64,000 bases of DNA from Candidatus Bathyarchaeota archaeon (GCA_963715865.1 OY970280.1:1920001-1984000), one strand, 5' to 3'. Positions 37,906 to 48,775 are shown, counted from the first letter of the stretch. Translations and numbers: made by a program. The notes: generated from the sequence alone by a model not told the origin.

Positions 37906-40011
37906 ATGACGAAAGTACGAGACCCCGTATGCGGCATGGACGTTGACACAGAAACAGCCATAAGCCGCAAAATAGGCGACCGAACCTACTATTTCTGCAG
38001 CCAACAATGCGCCGACGTCTACACAGCGCCCGAACGTGAACTGAAAGCTATGCAGCGCAGAGTAGCAGTCACATTAATCGGCGTAGTAGCAGCCCTTGGC
38101 TTGCGAGTACTCACACTTTTCGGTTTAGTAGCAGCAATAATGTATTTTGACATAGTCGGCGGACTGAGAGTCTACGACCTAGCAATCTTCATAGTGTCAA
38201 CACCTGTTGTCTGGATAGCAGGCTTCAGAATATACAAAGGCGCATACCTGTCGCTTAGAAACCGCAACGTAAACATGGATGTGCTCGTTACAGCAGGAGT
38301 CCTTGCAGGCTGGACGTACGGTGTAATAAACGTGTTCTTCCTACCTGTCGCCCAAGCAGGCTCAGGTTACCTGGAAGTAGCCATCGGCATCTTGGCCTTC
38401 GTTTTACTAGGCAAATACATTGAGGAATTAATCCGACGCCGTTCCGCCGCATCAATACGCAAACTCTTGGAGCTTCAACCAACCATGGCTAGAGTAGTCA
38501 GAGACGGAAAAGAAGTTGACCTGCCCATAGACGAAGTCCAAATTGGCGACATAATCATTGTTAAGCCAGGCGAAAAAATCCCCATCGACGGCACTGTAAC
38601 TGCAGGCTACTCGTCAGTAGACGAAAAACTCCTCACAGGCGAGAGCATCCCTGTGGAGAAAACTGTCGGAAGCGATGTTATCGGCGCCACAATCAACAAA
38701 ACTGGGCTCCTAACCATCAAAGCCACAAGAATCGGCGACGAAACCGCTCTATCACAAATAGTCCACCTTGTCGAAGAAGCACAGGCTTCAAGCGCTCCAG
38801 TGCAAAGGTTCGCCGACCGCGTAATCAGATGGTTTGTCCCCATGATTTTCACCGTCGCAGCAGTCTCATTCGGCTACTGGTACATAACAAGCGGCTTCAC
38901 AACAGCATTCCTAACCCTGCTGGCTGTGCTGTTAATCGCTTGCCCATGCGCTTTAGGAATAGCAACTCCGACAGCCATTCTTGCAGGTGTCGGAAAAGGC
39001 GCAGAATACGGCGTACTCCTCCGCAGTGGAGAATACGTTGAAAAAGCGAGAAAACTCACAACCGTCATATTCGATAAAACTGGCACCTTGACAAAGGGAG
39101 AGCCAAGCGTTACCGACATTAAAACCTACAACGCATATAATGAACAAAACGTACTGCGATATGCAGGAGCAGCTGAGAAAGGTTCAGAACATCCCTTGGC
39201 AGAAGCAATACTCGCCAAAGCCGAAGCCGATAAAATAAACATTCCTCAAGTCGACAGTTTTGAAGCTTTACCCGGCAGAGGCGTTCAATGCAAGGTTGAA
39301 GGCAAGGCAGTGCTGCTTGGAAATCGCAAGTTAATGCAGGAACAAAACGTTTCCATCAGCGAGTTAGAAAACGACCTTACAACGCTGGAAGCGCAGGGAA
39401 AAACTGTTATGATACTAGCTGTCGATGGCAGTGCTTCTGGGTTGATTGCGGCTATGGATACTCCAAAAGATAGCGCTGCCCAAGCCATAGAGCAGTTGAA
39501 AGGCATGAATTTGGAAGTTGCAATGCTAACGGGAGATAATGAGCGAACAGCCAATGCTATAGCTCAACAATTAGGTATAAGCCAGGTTATTGCGAACGTT
39601 CTGCCATGGCAAAAGGTAGATGCCATCAAAAAGTTGCAGAGTGAAGGAAAAGTTGTAGCTATGGTTGGTGACGGCATAAACGACGCCCCAGCATTGGCAC
39701 AGGCAGACATCGGTATTGCTATTGGAAGCGGAACCGACATTGCCAAAGAAACAGGCGGCATAGTGCTGATAAGAGACGACTTGCGAGACGTAGCCTTAGG
39801 AGTTGAACTAAGCAAAAAAACCATGCGGAAAATCGACACAAACCTGTTCTGGGCTTTCGCTTACAATGCAGTTATGATTCCAGTTGCAGCCTCGGGCTTG
39901 TTGAACCCCATGTATGCGGCTGGGGCAATGGCGATAAGTAGTTTAACGGTAGTCAGTAACTCGGCACTGCTGAAGTTGGCTAAGTTTAAATCAAGCAAAG
40001 TAAATCAATAA
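37906..40011 (+). CDS. copA: Cu(I)-type P1B ATPase with N-terminal YHS/TRASH domain
   Basis: [47 protein letters not shown]. Confidence 0.95.
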   Translation: MTKVRDPVCGMDVDTETAISRKIGDRTYYFCSQQCADVYTAPERELKAMQRRVAVTLIGVVAALGLRVLTLFGLVAAIMYFDIVGGLRVYDLAIFIVSTPVVWIAGFRIYKGAYLSLRNRNVNMDVLVTAGVLAGWTYGVINVFFLPVAQAGSGYLEVAIGILAFVLLGKYIEELIRRRSAASIRKLLELQPTMARVVRDGKEVDLPIDEVQIGDIIIVKPGEKIPIDGTVTAGYSSVDEKLLTGESIPVEKTVGSDVIGATINKTGLLTIKATRIGDETALSQIVHLVEEAQASSAPVQRFADRVIRWFVPMIFTVAAVSFGYWYITSGFTTAFLTLLAVLLIACPCALGIATPTAILAGVGKGAEYGVLLRSGEYVEKARKLTTVIFDKTGTLTKGEPSVTDIKTYNAYNEQNVLRYAGAAEKGSEHPLAEAILAKAEADKINIPQVDSFEALPGRGVQCKVEGKAVLLGNRKLMQEQNVSISELENDLTTLEAQGKTVMILAVDGSASGLIAAMDTPKDSAAQAIEQLKGMNLEVAMLTGDNERTANAIAQQLGISQVIANVLPWQKVDAIKKLQSEGKVVAMVGDGINDAPALAQADIGIAIGSGTDIAKETGGIVLIRDDLRDVALGVELSKKTMRKIDTNLFWAFAYNAVMIPVAASGLLNPMYAAGAMAISSLTVVSNSALLKLAKFKSSKVNQ

Positions 40012-40026
40012 AATGTCTAACGTGAG

Positions 40027-40227
40027 GTGAAAATGATTATGGCTAAAGATCCAGTTTGCGGCATGATGGTTGACGAGAAAAAAGCAAAATTCAAATCAGA
40101 CTACAGCGGCAAAACTTTCTATTTCTGCGCTGCCTCCTGCAAGGCAACATTTGACAAGAGCCCTGCTAAATTCGCTGGCGCCTCTAGTGGAAAACAAGAT
40201 ACTTGCAGTTGTGGTGGTCACTGCTAA
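40027..40227 (+). CDS. YHS/TRASH metallochaperone
   Basis: DPVCGM...FYFCAASC; C-terminal CSCGGHC. Confidence 0.92.
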   Translation: MKMIMAKDPVCGMMVDEKKAKFKSDYSGKTFYFCAASCKATFDKSPAKFAGASSGKQDTCSCGGHC

Positions 40228-40241
40228 AGCCACAATTTAAC

Positions 40242-41069
40242 TTACCGTGATTTTTCTTTTTTATTTTGAGAACGTTCTTTTTCTATGGCTTTATCAACTT
40301 CTTCCCTTATCGTAAAACCGCCAATATGCAAAATAGGCTCTTTCGTTTCTGGGTCGGTGTTCATGGTTGCAGTGCACGGGTAACTATGATGCGCTTTGGC
40401 AATGGCATCGTACAGTTCTTCCTTTTTTGTGGATACGCCTGCAAGTTTATGCGCTATGTACCATGTAGAACCGCACGGTGCACTTCGCCTAACCACCGCG
40501 CACTCGATGACCTCTTTTTTATCAACCATCGCGAGGGTAATTTCAAGCATTGGACGCCCAACCTTGGTTTCCTCAATAAAGCGGGCAATCGTAGGCTTAT
40601 CTTTCTCAGGCTCAAGCGTGCAGAAAGGCTTAGGAAAAGCGCATTCAAGCCCAAGTTCGTTACATTTTGCTTCACCTTGTTTCCGCACTCCCAAGGGCAC
40701 TTCAACCCAATCCTCGATTGGAGCAATTAACGCTTTGATTCCTGCCTTCTTAAGTTGGTTAGGCAACTCCAGCAGCAAGTCTTTATGTAATCCAGATGCT
40801 AAGCAAATGTCAGCCTTAGGCAGCTTTTTTGGCATGTACTCTTCAGGATTATCAATAAAATCTGGCAGATCCGCTGAATTGGGCAGTTGGATAGCTGCGC
40901 GAACGTTCTGTACAAAACTGTAAACGTTGTATTTGCATGATTCACAGTAGAGTCCGCATGATTGGCAGAAACATGGGTCATTGATTAGGTTGCGGATTAC
41001 GCGCTCCATGAAGTCTTTGCTGTAAACAAACACTAAAGCTAAGGTTTCCTTGTTGCCTTTTTTACTCAC
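40242..41069 (-). CDS. DUF166 family protein
   Basis: FPKPFC.L, RSAPCGST, HHSYPCTA motifs; N-terminal CxxCxxxCxxC. Confidence 0.85.
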   Translation of the reverse strand: MSKKGNKETLALVFVYSKDFMERVIRNLINDPCFCQSCGLYCESCKYNVYSFVQNVRAAIQLPNSADLPDFIDNPEEYMPKKLPKADICLASGLHKDLLLELPNQLKKAGIKALIAPIEDWVEVPLGVRKQGEAKCNELGLECAFPKPFCTLEPEKDKPTIARFIEETKVGRPMLEITLAMVDKKEVIECAVVRRSAPCGSTWYIAHKLAGVSTKKEELYDAIAKAHHSYPCTATMNTDPETKEPILHIGGFTIREEVDKAIEKERSQNKKEKSR

Positions 41070-41087
41070 GCCTTAACTGCTCCTTTT

Positions 41088-41732
41088 CTAGAACGCGCCC
41101 AACAGCACGTGCTCAGCGAACAAGTCTTCATTGAACGCTCCGACAAACTCTATTTTCTCATTAATAATAACTTTCGGTACCCCAATCACATTGTATTTCA
41201 TGGCTAAGTCTGGAAACTCGCTGCTGTCTATAACGTCTGCTTTTACCATGTCGCTTTCAATGGCTAATTTATGCGCTACGGCAGCCGCAGCGGGGCAATG
41301 GGGGCATGTTAAGGTGACGAAGACTTGAATATGAACTGGTGATTTGACTTCTGCTAGAATTGACTTAGTTTTGTCTGAAAGGTCAGTTTTGCCGCTGGAA
41401 ACATTAACTATGGCTTCAATTAACGTTTGAAGTTCGTACCCGTATGGTATTCCGTAAATTCTTACGCCGTAATCTTTTTTGCCTATTATTGCTATGGCTG
41501 GAATCTTGTTGATTCCGTATTCCTTGGCTTTATCAGCGTTTGCTACGAAATCATAAATCTCAACCGTTAACTTGTCATTGAGGGGGGCTAAGTCTTGTAC
41601 TAGTTTTCTGGTGTCAGAGCAGAATCGGCACTCTAACTCTTGAGTAAACATGACAATTTTTACTGGGTCAACCAGTTTCTCCTTAAAATCGTTTTTAAGT
41701 AATTCTTTCTTGTCATCTGGAATCAAACTCAA
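41088..41732 (-). CDS. Protein disulfide oxidoreductase (double thioredoxin fold, PDO)
   Basis: CRFC and CPHC; GIPYGYE; GVPK..IN..FVGA. Confidence 0.94.
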   Translation of the reverse strand: MSLIPDDKKELLKNDFKEKLVDPVKIVMFTQELECRFCSDTRKLVQDLAPLNDKLTVEIYDFVANADKAKEYGINKIPAIAIIGKKDYGVRIYGIPYGYELQTLIEAIVNVSSGKTDLSDKTKSILAEVKSPVHIQVFVTLTCPHCPAAAAVAHKLAIESDMVKADVIDSSEFPDLAMKYNVIGVPKVIINEKIEFVGAFNEDLFAEHVLLGAF

Positions 41733-41938
41733 TTTTTTGCCTCCACAAAGGATGGTTTGCCAGTTTAATTTGGCATCTACTGGTAAACTTTGTTGTCTCC
41801 CAAATATAACTGTAGAGTTTTAAGCGGCTGAATTTTTTAGGCAACGAAACTATTATAAGAGTATGCATGATGAAATTTTCTATTGGTCCCCGGATAAAGC
41901 CGGCGGCTTGATTTTAAAAATGTCTAGGAGAAATAAAA

Positions 41939-43126
41939 ATGGTTAAAGTAACCCTAAAAGAAGGAATAAACTGGGTTGGAGTTGTTGATTGGAACCTACG
42001 AGACTTTCACGGCTATGTTACCCGCCGAGGAAGCACCTACAATGCATACTTGATTTCAGATGATAAAACAGCGCTCGTAGACACTGTGAAGAGCACGTTC
42101 TCCAACGAGCTTATCGAGAACATCTCGGAGTTAACAAGCTTTGAAAAAATCGATTATATAATAGTTAATCATGTGGAGATGGACCATTCAAGCAGCTTGC
42201 CCATAATTGCGAAGCTTGCGAAAAACGCCAAGATACTTGCTTCTCAAAGAGGAAAAGACGCTTTAATCGAGCATTATGGGGCAGACTTCAGTAGGGTTGA
42301 AACTGTGAAAACTGGCGATGAGCTTAAGCTTGGAAAGAGAACATTGCGGTTTCTTGAGGCGCCTATGCTGCATTGGCCAGACAGCATGTTCACCTACCTT
42401 GTCGAAGACAAAATACTGATGCCTAATGACGCGTTCGGTCAGCACCTTGCCAGTTCAGGACGGTTTGATGATGAGGTTGATGAGCATGTGCTTATGGAAG
42501 AAGCCATAACGTATTACGCTAACATCTTGATGCCGTTTGCGCCGCTCATTACACGTAAGATTCAGGAAGTTGTTCAAATGGGGATACCTATCGACATGAT
42601 AGCGCCAAGCCACGGCATCATTTGGCGAAAGGACCCATCGAAGATAATTAATGCTTACTTGAACTGGAGCTCAGGCACAGCTAAACAGAAGGTGGTTATT
42701 GTTTTTGATACCATGTGGGGCAGCACTGATAAAATGGCAAGAGCCATCGCTGACGGCGTAATCAGCCAAGGCGTCGAGGTTAAGCTGCTTAAGCTTCGAG
42801 CTACAGATAACACCGATGTAGTAACTGAAATTCTTGATGCTAAAGCCGTTCTTGTGGGTTCGCCAACGCTGAACAATCAAATGTTCCCCACCATTGGCTC
42901 GTTTCTAACGTACATTACTGGTTTGAAGCCTAAAGGTAAACTGTGGAGTTTCTTTGGCTCTTACGGCTGGGGAGGCGGCGCCGTTAAAGGCATGATTGAA
43001 ACAGCGAAAAAGGCTGGCTTCGAAGTGTATGAACCAGGCGTCGAAGTGAAATATGTTCCAGACCAAGAGGATATAAAGAAATGCTTTGAATTCGGGCAAC
43101 AAATAGCCCAAAAAATCAAAGCCTAA
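41939..43126 (+). CDS. fprA: Flavodiiron protein FprA
   Basis: HVEMDHS, HWPD, DAFG, PSHG; C-terminal flavodoxin TMWGST, GSPT, GSYGW. Confidence 0.96.
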   Translation: MVKVTLKEGINWVGVVDWNLRDFHGYVTRRGSTYNAYLISDDKTALVDTVKSTFSNELIENISELTSFEKIDYIIVNHVEMDHSSSLPIIAKLAKNAKILASQRGKDALIEHYGADFSRVETVKTGDELKLGKRTLRFLEAPMLHWPDSMFTYLVEDKILMPNDAFGQHLASSGRFDDEVDEHVLMEEAITYYANILMPFAPLITRKIQEVVQMGIPIDMIAPSHGIIWRKDPSKIINAYLNWSSGTAKQKVVIVFDTMWGSTDKMARAIADGVISQGVEVKLLKLRATDNTDVVTEILDAKAVLVGSPTLNNQMFPTIGSFLTYITGLKPKGKLWSFFGSYGWGGGAVKGMIETAKKAGFEVYEPGVEVKYVPDQEDIKKCFEFGQQIAQKIKA

Positions 43127-43232
43127 CCCTTTCCCTTTTCCATGCGACAGCCTAATTATTTATCTTTTGTTTTAGCTAAGCCCACACCAAGAGAGCGGTT
43201 AGCCCCAAGTTTAATATCCTAAACTAAACAAA

Positions 43233-44675
43233 ATGGGACAGGCGAGTTTCCTGTTGAACAAGTTTCATTGGGATTTGGGCATCCTTCTTGCAGTTCTTTT
43301 GTTAAGCACTTTAGCTATGAACGCTACATCGGGCCAAACCGCGAGTTCTACAACTGGTTCTGCGCCTGCCACAGAATGGCAAAAAGCCTATGGGAACAAT
43401 AGTGTCGAATCAATATCCAACATGGTTCAAACAAGTGACGGCGGATACGCTTTCTTGGATTTAGGCTGGGCATATCAGTTCACTTTTACACCATCCACCT
43501 TTTACAAGATTGATTCTTCAGGTAACGTGCAATGGCAAAAAACGTTCAATTTGTTTTCGGCGGCTAGCTTTGTTCAAACAAGTGATGGAGGATATACAAT
43601 ATTGGGGGCATGGTCTACGTACGGCACAACTTATGAAAACACTCCTACGCTTATTAAAACCGATTCAAAAGGAGACATAAAATCGGTTGAAAACTATTCT
43701 ATTGGAATCGGTGGACAAATCTTGCTTACTAGCGACGGCGGGTTTGCCGTATTAAGTGGAGGCGCAAACCTGCTATACTACCCTAGTACCAGTAGCGCAA
43801 CTATCACCAAAACTGATTCACATGGAATAAAACAATGGAATAAAACATTTCGTGAACCTGCAAACTTTAGCGATATTAACTCAATGATTCAAACAACTGA
43901 TGGCGGCTATGCATTGATAGGTACCACAAGTTATAACGGTACAAGCGATACGATAAACCTTTATTTCTGGATGGTAAAGACTGATTCACAAGGCAACTTG
44001 GTTTGGAGTCGAGAGTATGGAGATGGACTTACGACTGTAAACCCAAACCTGCCTTTTGGTTATGCTAAAGACTTAGGATTGAACAGAGATGTATCAGGCG
44101 ACAATGAAGCCTTTTCTGTCGTTCAAACATCCGACGGCGGCTATGCTTTTGTAGGAAGAAGCTTTCCTCAAGACCATGCCGTTACAATGTTGGTCAAGAC
44201 CGATTCGAACGGCAATATTGAGTGGAACCAAACCTTCGATGGCGGATATGCGTCATCTCTTATTCAGACAAGTGATGGAGGATTAGCTTTTGCAGGGTCC
44301 GGAGGAATATATAAAATCGATTCAAATGGCAATATTCAATGGACAAAAGGAGACGTAACATTTCCGAGTTTAAGTATTATACCTTCTCTTCTCGGCGTAT
44401 CATCTCTTATCGAAACATCAGACGGTGCGCTTGCAGGACTGGGTGTTGGAAACCCTGATGGGAATCCTCGTATGGGTACTATTTACTTGTTTAAGACAGA
44501 AGCGTTTTTGCCTTTGCCGACGCCCTCGCCAACGCCGATACCAGCTCAAATGCTTAACACTTCAGTTTCAGCATTGACTATCGGCACTGTAGTTGTGGTT
44601 GTCCTAATTATAGCGGTTTTTCTGCTCTTTTACTTGAAGAAAAATAGGAAAAGCGAAAATAAGCTTACAGTTTAA
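43233..44675 (+). CDS. Membrane-anchored surface protein with 7 (Q/L/E)T(S/T)DGG-type repeats (beta-propeller-like)
   Basis: Signal peptide, seven repeats, PTPSPTP linker, C-terminal TM and basic tail. Confidence 0.85.
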   Translation: MGQASFLLNKFHWDLGILLAVLLLSTLAMNATSGQTASSTTGSAPATEWQKAYGNNSVESISNMVQTSDGGYAFLDLGWAYQFTFTPSTFYKIDSSGNVQWQKTFNLFSAASFVQTSDGGYTILGAWSTYGTTYENTPTLIKTDSKGDIKSVENYSIGIGGQILLTSDGGFAVLSGGANLLYYPSTSSATITKTDSHGIKQWNKTFREPANFSDINSMIQTTDGGYALIGTTSYNGTSDTINLYFWMVKTDSQGNLVWSREYGDGLTTVNPNLPFGYAKDLGLNRDVSGDNEAFSVVQTSDGGYAFVGRSFPQDHAVTMLVKTDSNGNIEWNQTFDGGYASSLIQTSDGGLAFAGSGGIYKIDSNGNIQWTKGDVTFPSLSIIPSLLGVSSLIETSDGALAGLGVGNPDGNPRMGTIYLFKTEAFLPLPTPSPTPIPAQMLNTSVSALTIGTVVVVVLIIAVFLLFYLKKNRKSENKLTV

Positions 44676-45175
44676 GCTATTTTCATGAATTTTTCTTTCG
44701 GCGTAGCGCAGATTGGGCACTTGTCGGGTGTTGAGCCTTCAAATGTGTTGCCGCAGACAGGGCAAACGTAATAGTCAGCTTTTGCAGGTTGCTTTTTGTT
44801 TTTCAATGCGTCCAGCGCTTTCTGGTAGAGGGCTGCGTGGATTTGTTCAACCTTGTTTGCGTAGTCAAAGCTCATTTCAGCCTGTTTATTTCCTTCCTTT
44901 TTTGCGTCAGCGAGGAAGTCTGGGTACATTTTTTTGAACTCGTATGTTTCGCCTGATACGGCTGTGCCAAGGTTATCAGTGGTTGATTTTACCTGCCCCA
45001 TGACTCTTAGATGGTTGAGGGCGTGGACGGTTTCTGCTTCAGCAGCAGCTTTAAACAGTTTAGCAATTTGAGGGAAGCCTTCTTCCTCTGCCTTCTTAGC
45101 GAAAGCCAAATACATCCTGTTAGCTTGGGATTCGCCTGCGAAGGCAGCCTTCAAGTTCTCATTGGTTTGAGTCAT
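44672..45175 (-). CDS. rbr: Rubrerythrin
   Basis: AFAGESQA, AEAETVHA, E..HA..Y; C-terminal CPVCG...CPIC. Confidence 0.96.
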   Translation of the reverse strand: MTQTNENLKAAFAGESQANRMYLAFAKKAEEEGFPQIAKLFKAAAEAETVHALNHLRVMGQVKSTTDNLGTAVSGETYEFKKMYPDFLADAKKEGNKQAEMSFDYANKVEQIHAALYQKALDALKNKKQPAKADYYVCPVCGNTFEGSTPDKCPICATPKEKFMKIA

Positions 45176-45301
45176 AAACTCACCAGAAAATACTAAATCA
45201 AATGCAGATAATAAGCTATACTAAAACGGGTTGGTTATCTTTAAAGTAAAGTATATTAGGTGTAAACTACTTTGGTTTTGTTTGATTTTTGGTGAAAATT
45301 A

Positions 45302-45913
45302 ATGGAGAAAATAAAATCTTTTACTCTACCAAAACTGCCGTATGATTACAATGCTCTTGCACCCTACATTTCGGAGCAGCAACTAAAACTTCATCATGAC
45401 AAGCACCATCAAGGCTACGTAAACAGCGCAAACGCGGCTTTTGAAAAACTTGACAAGGCACGCAGTGAAAACGCGGAAATCGACATGAAAGCCACGCTCA
45501 AAGAGTTAAGCTTCAATGTTGGCGGACACATCTTGCACTCGATTTTCTGGGAAAACATGGCGCCAGCCGGTAAAGGCGGCGGAAAACCAGGCGGAGCCGT
45601 AGCTGACATGATTGACATGGGATTTGGAAGCTTTGAGCGTTTCAAAAAAGAATTCACTACTGCTGCTACAAGCGTTGAAGGTTCAGGATGGGCTGCTTTA
45701 GCCGTTCACCCATGCATTGGCAGGCCGCTTATAATGCAAATCGAAAAACACAACGTTAACGTTTACCCGTCATTCAAGATTCTCATGGTTTTGGATGTGT
45801 GGGAGCACGCTTATTACGTTGACTACAAGAATGAACGCGCAAAGTTCGTTGAAGCCTTCTGGAACATTGTCAACTGGGATTACGTAAACAAAAACCTAAG
45901 CCTCGTAAAGTAA
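45302..45913 (+). CDS. sod: Fe/Mn superoxide dismutase
   Basis: [30 protein letters not shown]. Confidence 0.98.
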   Translation: MEKIKSFTLPKLPYDYNALAPYISEQQLKLHHDKHHQGYVNSANAAFEKLDKARSENAEIDMKATLKELSFNVGGHILHSIFWENMAPAGKGGGKPGGAVADMIDMGFGSFERFKKEFTTAATSVEGSGWAALAVHPCIGRPLIMQIEKHNVNVYPSFKILMVLDVWEHAYYVDYKNERAKFVEAFWNIVNWDYVNKNLSLVK

Positions 45914-45993
45914 GCCTTCGCTTACCTTTTTCTTTAGTTCATAACACTTTTGTTAATAAAAATAGAAGCGCCCCAAAAATCAGCGCTTGCCTT

Positions 45994-46323
45994 TTAGGGT
46001 GGCGGAGTTATTTTTATCGCTTGCGCTGGGCACTGCATTTCGCAGGCTAAGCATTGTATGCAGTCGTTTTCGCGGGCAGGGTCAGATTTCCTTTCAGAAA
46101 GCGGGTGCCCAGGAGATTCAGCCCAATCATACAATGAAACTGGGCAAACGTCTATGCATACTCCGTCTCCAATGCAGGAATCCCAGTCGACAGCGCTGGT
46201 TGTTCCATGAATTCCCAGTTTCTGTGGGGCTTCAACTGGTCCCCAAACTTTATGTCCGTTATGTTCGCCGACAACTTGTCGCTTTGTTTGAAAATCAGGG
46301 TCTATTGGCAAAAATTTCACCAA
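45994..46323 (-). CDS. Zinc-containing ferredoxin (Sulfolobus Zfx type)
   Basis: IDPDF...GEHNGHKVWGP...GIHG N-extension, CxxDxxCxxxCP, KSDP, CxxCxxCxxxCP. Confidence 0.9.
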   Translation of the reverse strand: MVKFLPIDPDFQTKRQVVGEHNGHKVWGPVEAPQKLGIHGTTSAVDWDSCIGDGVCIDVCPVSLYDWAESPGHPLSERKSDPARENDCIQCLACEMQCPAQAIKITPPP

Positions 46324-46407
46324 TTTTTTAAGGGAGGGGGCAAATATTAGGCTTTCTACCTAACGGCTTTTCCACAAAACATTTTGGGCAAGGCAGCATA
46401 ATCTAAA

Positions 46408-47196
46408 GTGGTTCGAATGGCTAGATACGATTTGCCGGCTGGCATGAGATACGCCAGTCTTGAAGAAAGAAAACAATTCTACACCAAAGAATTCAGCCTC
46501 CAAAAAGTAGCTGAGTGGTTCCAAAAATGCGATGGCAAAACCAAGTTTGCAGTAATAATAGGTAGGCACACGAGAATTTACCCGGAGAAATACAAAGAAG
46601 ATGCGTCAACCACTATAATAATCGACGAATACGCAAACTTAGAAGACGTGCACCAGCAAATAATTGAGTTTTTGCCTGAAGCAGTGTATTATGACAGAAA
46701 CGTCTACGACGAAAACGACCGCATAACGGGTCAAGAACTCGCTTTTGACCTTGACCCAGAAAACATAACCTGCCCAATTCACGGTAGCCTGGCGGATAAA
46801 ATGAAGCGTGGTCAAGGTTTGAGCTTTTGCGAGTTAGAGTTTGATATGGTGAAGCGTGAAGCAACAGAACTCTACGAATATCTTGCGAATCGCTTTTCAG
46901 AATTAAAGGTGGTTTATTCTGGCAGAGGCTTTCACATACACGTTTTAGACAAGCTAGCCTACAAGCTGAACAATCAAGAAAGGCTTAACCTTGCGCACCA
47001 AGTAAAAAAAGAAGGATTTCACATTGACGAGTGGGTGACTTCTGGAGAAATGCGTTTGATTCGGCTTCCCTACAGCCTAAACGGTTTAGTATCGAGAATT
47101 GTGTTGCCACTAAAAAAGGATGAACTAGAAAGTTTCGACGCTGTTCACGACGAAAGGTGCCTACCAAAATTCCTGAGCAAAAAGCTTACTTTTTAA
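46408..47196 (+). CDS. Archaeo-eukaryotic primase small-subunit-like paralog
   Basis: ELAFDLD (motif I), YSGRGFH (motif II), RLIRLPYSL (motif III region). Confidence 0.85.
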   Translation: MVRMARYDLPAGMRYASLEERKQFYTKEFSLQKVAEWFQKCDGKTKFAVIIGRHTRIYPEKYKEDASTTIIIDEYANLEDVHQQIIEFLPEAVYYDRNVYDENDRITGQELAFDLDPENITCPIHGSLADKMKRGQGLSFCELEFDMVKREATELYEYLANRFSELKVVYSGRGFHIHVLDKLAYKLNNQERLNLAHQVKKEGFHIDEWVTSGEMRLIRLPYSLNGLVSRIVLPLKKDELESFDAVHDERCLPKFLSKKLTF

Positions 47197-47284
47197 CTTC
47201 TTTGGCTTTTTTCTCTTTCTTGGCATAGTAGGCTTTCTTTTTCTTTTCTTCTTCTGCTTTTGTTGGTTTTGTTGATTTTGCCAT
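47186..47284 (-). CDS. Lys-rich microprotein (32 aa)
   Basis: Manual: MAKSTKPTKAEEEKKKKAYYAKKEKKAKEVKK*; explains the T/C-rich intergenic tract. Confidence 0.5.
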   Translation of the reverse strand: MAKSTKPTKAEEEKKKKAYYAKKEKKAKEVKK

Positions 47285-47401
47285 GAAAATCCCTAAAAAA
47301 TAGTATCTTAGAAGCAACATAAAAGCGTTTCCAGAAATCAACCGTTGAAAAGTTTATTTGGCATTTAACGTTTCTCTCTAACACGTCATTGAGGGTTTAT
47401 T

Positions 47402-48775
47402 ATGGAGCGATTCGATGTACTTGTTATAGGTTCAGGCTCTGGAATGATTGTTGCTTCTGCAGCAGTTGAGCAAGGTTTCAGAACAGCATTAGTTGAGCAT
47501 GGAAAAATGGGCGGCACCTGCATAAATGTAGGTTGTGTCCCATCAAAAATGCTTATTTACCCGGCAGACGTGGTTGCCACCCTTAAAGATGCAGGGAAAT
47601 TGGGCATCAACGCAACTGTGGATTCGGTTGATTTCAACAATATCATGACTAGGATGCATACGCTGGTTAATCATGACTCAGGGCAACAGGCAAGAGCAGT
47701 TGAAGCCACTCCTAATCTCACATGGTTTAAGGAAACAGGCGAGTTTATCTCAGATTACACCATGCAAGTAGGCTCGCACACAATTACGGCAGAAATGATC
47801 TTTATTGTTTCAGGCGCACGCACTGCAATACCACCAATCAAAGGCATAGAAAACATAGGTTACCTGACAAGCGACACTGTCCTAGAACTGCAAACGCAGC
47901 CCAAAAGCATCCTAATCGTTGGCGGAGGCTACATTGGCATGGAGTACGGGCACTTCTTCTCAGGCATCGGCACAAAAACCACCATACTCCAAAGACCCTA
48001 CCGAGTGGTGCCTGATGAGGAACCAGAAATATCTGACTTGTTAAAGAAGGAAATGCAGCAGCGAATGGAAATATACACCGGCTATGAAGCCATCGAAGCA
48101 AAACAAGAAGGCACACAAAAGGCGCTTATCGCCAGAAATCGCCAGGACGGCAGCCAAAAGGAATTCTCCGCTGAATCAGTAATGATTGCCACAGGCAGAG
48201 TATCTAACGCTGATATTTTGAAACCTGAAAAAACGGGCGTAGAACTTGACGAGCGCGGATACATAAAAGTTAACGAGTACCTTGAAACGAGCAAGAAGAA
48301 CATTTGGGCTTTCGGCGATGCAATCGGCACCCAAATGTTCAAGCATGTAGCCAACTACGAGGCAGGCGTGGCCTGGCACAACGCCATTCATGACCACAAG
48401 GTTAAAATGGATTTTTCAGCCGCGCCGCACGCGGTTTTTACCCATCCGCAAGTTGCCTCAGTCGGCTTAACAGAGGAAGAAGCCAAACAGCAAAATTACA
48501 AAATCCTAGTAGGCAAAACTCTTTACAAGGAAACAGCCATGGGTGCTGCTATGGGGTTTCCTGAAGGTTTCGTGAAAGTGATAGTTGAAAAAGAAACTGG
48601 GAAAATCCTTGGCGGCCACATAATTGGCGCTGAAGCATCGATTCTCATTCAAGAAATCGTTAACGCGATGATAACTGAAACCAGAAACTTTGCTCCCATC
48701 GCACGAGCCATGCATATTCACCCTGCCATGTCAGAGGTGGTTCAGAACGCTTTTGGCAATCTTATACCAGCATAA
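47402..48775 (+). CDS. Class I pyridine nucleotide-disulfide oxidoreductase (Lpd/mycothione-reductase-like)
   Basis: GSGSG, GGTCINVGCVPSK, GGGYIG, C-terminal HIHPAMSE. Confidence 0.93.
   Translation: MERFDVLVIGSGSGMIVASAAVEQGFRTALVEHGKMGGTCINVGCVPSKMLIYPADVVATLKDAGKLGINATVDSVDFNNIMTRMHTLVNHDSGQQARAVEATPNLTWFKETGEFISDYTMQVGSHTITAEMIFIVSGARTAIPPIKGIENIGYLTSDTVLELQTQPKSILIVGGGYIGMEYGHFFSGIGTKTTILQRPYRVVPDEEPEISDLLKKEMQQRMEIYTGYEAIEAKQEGTQKALIARNRQDGSQKEFSAESVMIATGRVSNADILKPEKTGVELDERGYIKVNEYLETSKKNIWAFGDAIGTQMFKHVANYEAGVAWHNAIHDHKVKMDFSAAPHAVFTHPQVASVGLTEEEAKQQNYKILVGKTLYKETAMGAAMGFPEGFVKVIVEKETGKILGGHIIGAEASILIQEIVNAMITETRNFAPIARAMHIHPAMSEVVQNAFGNLIPA

Noticed and set aside
41756-41787. Inverted repeat TTTGCCAGT-N14-ACTGGTAAA in the PDO/fprA intergenic region
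   Set aside because: Single imperfect 9-bp arm pair with no second copy found; not enough to call an operator or RNA element.
47193-47384. 63-aa minus-strand ORF in the track
   Set aside because: No recognisable motif. The ATG-initiated Lys-rich ORF in another frame (47186..47284) explains the composition better.
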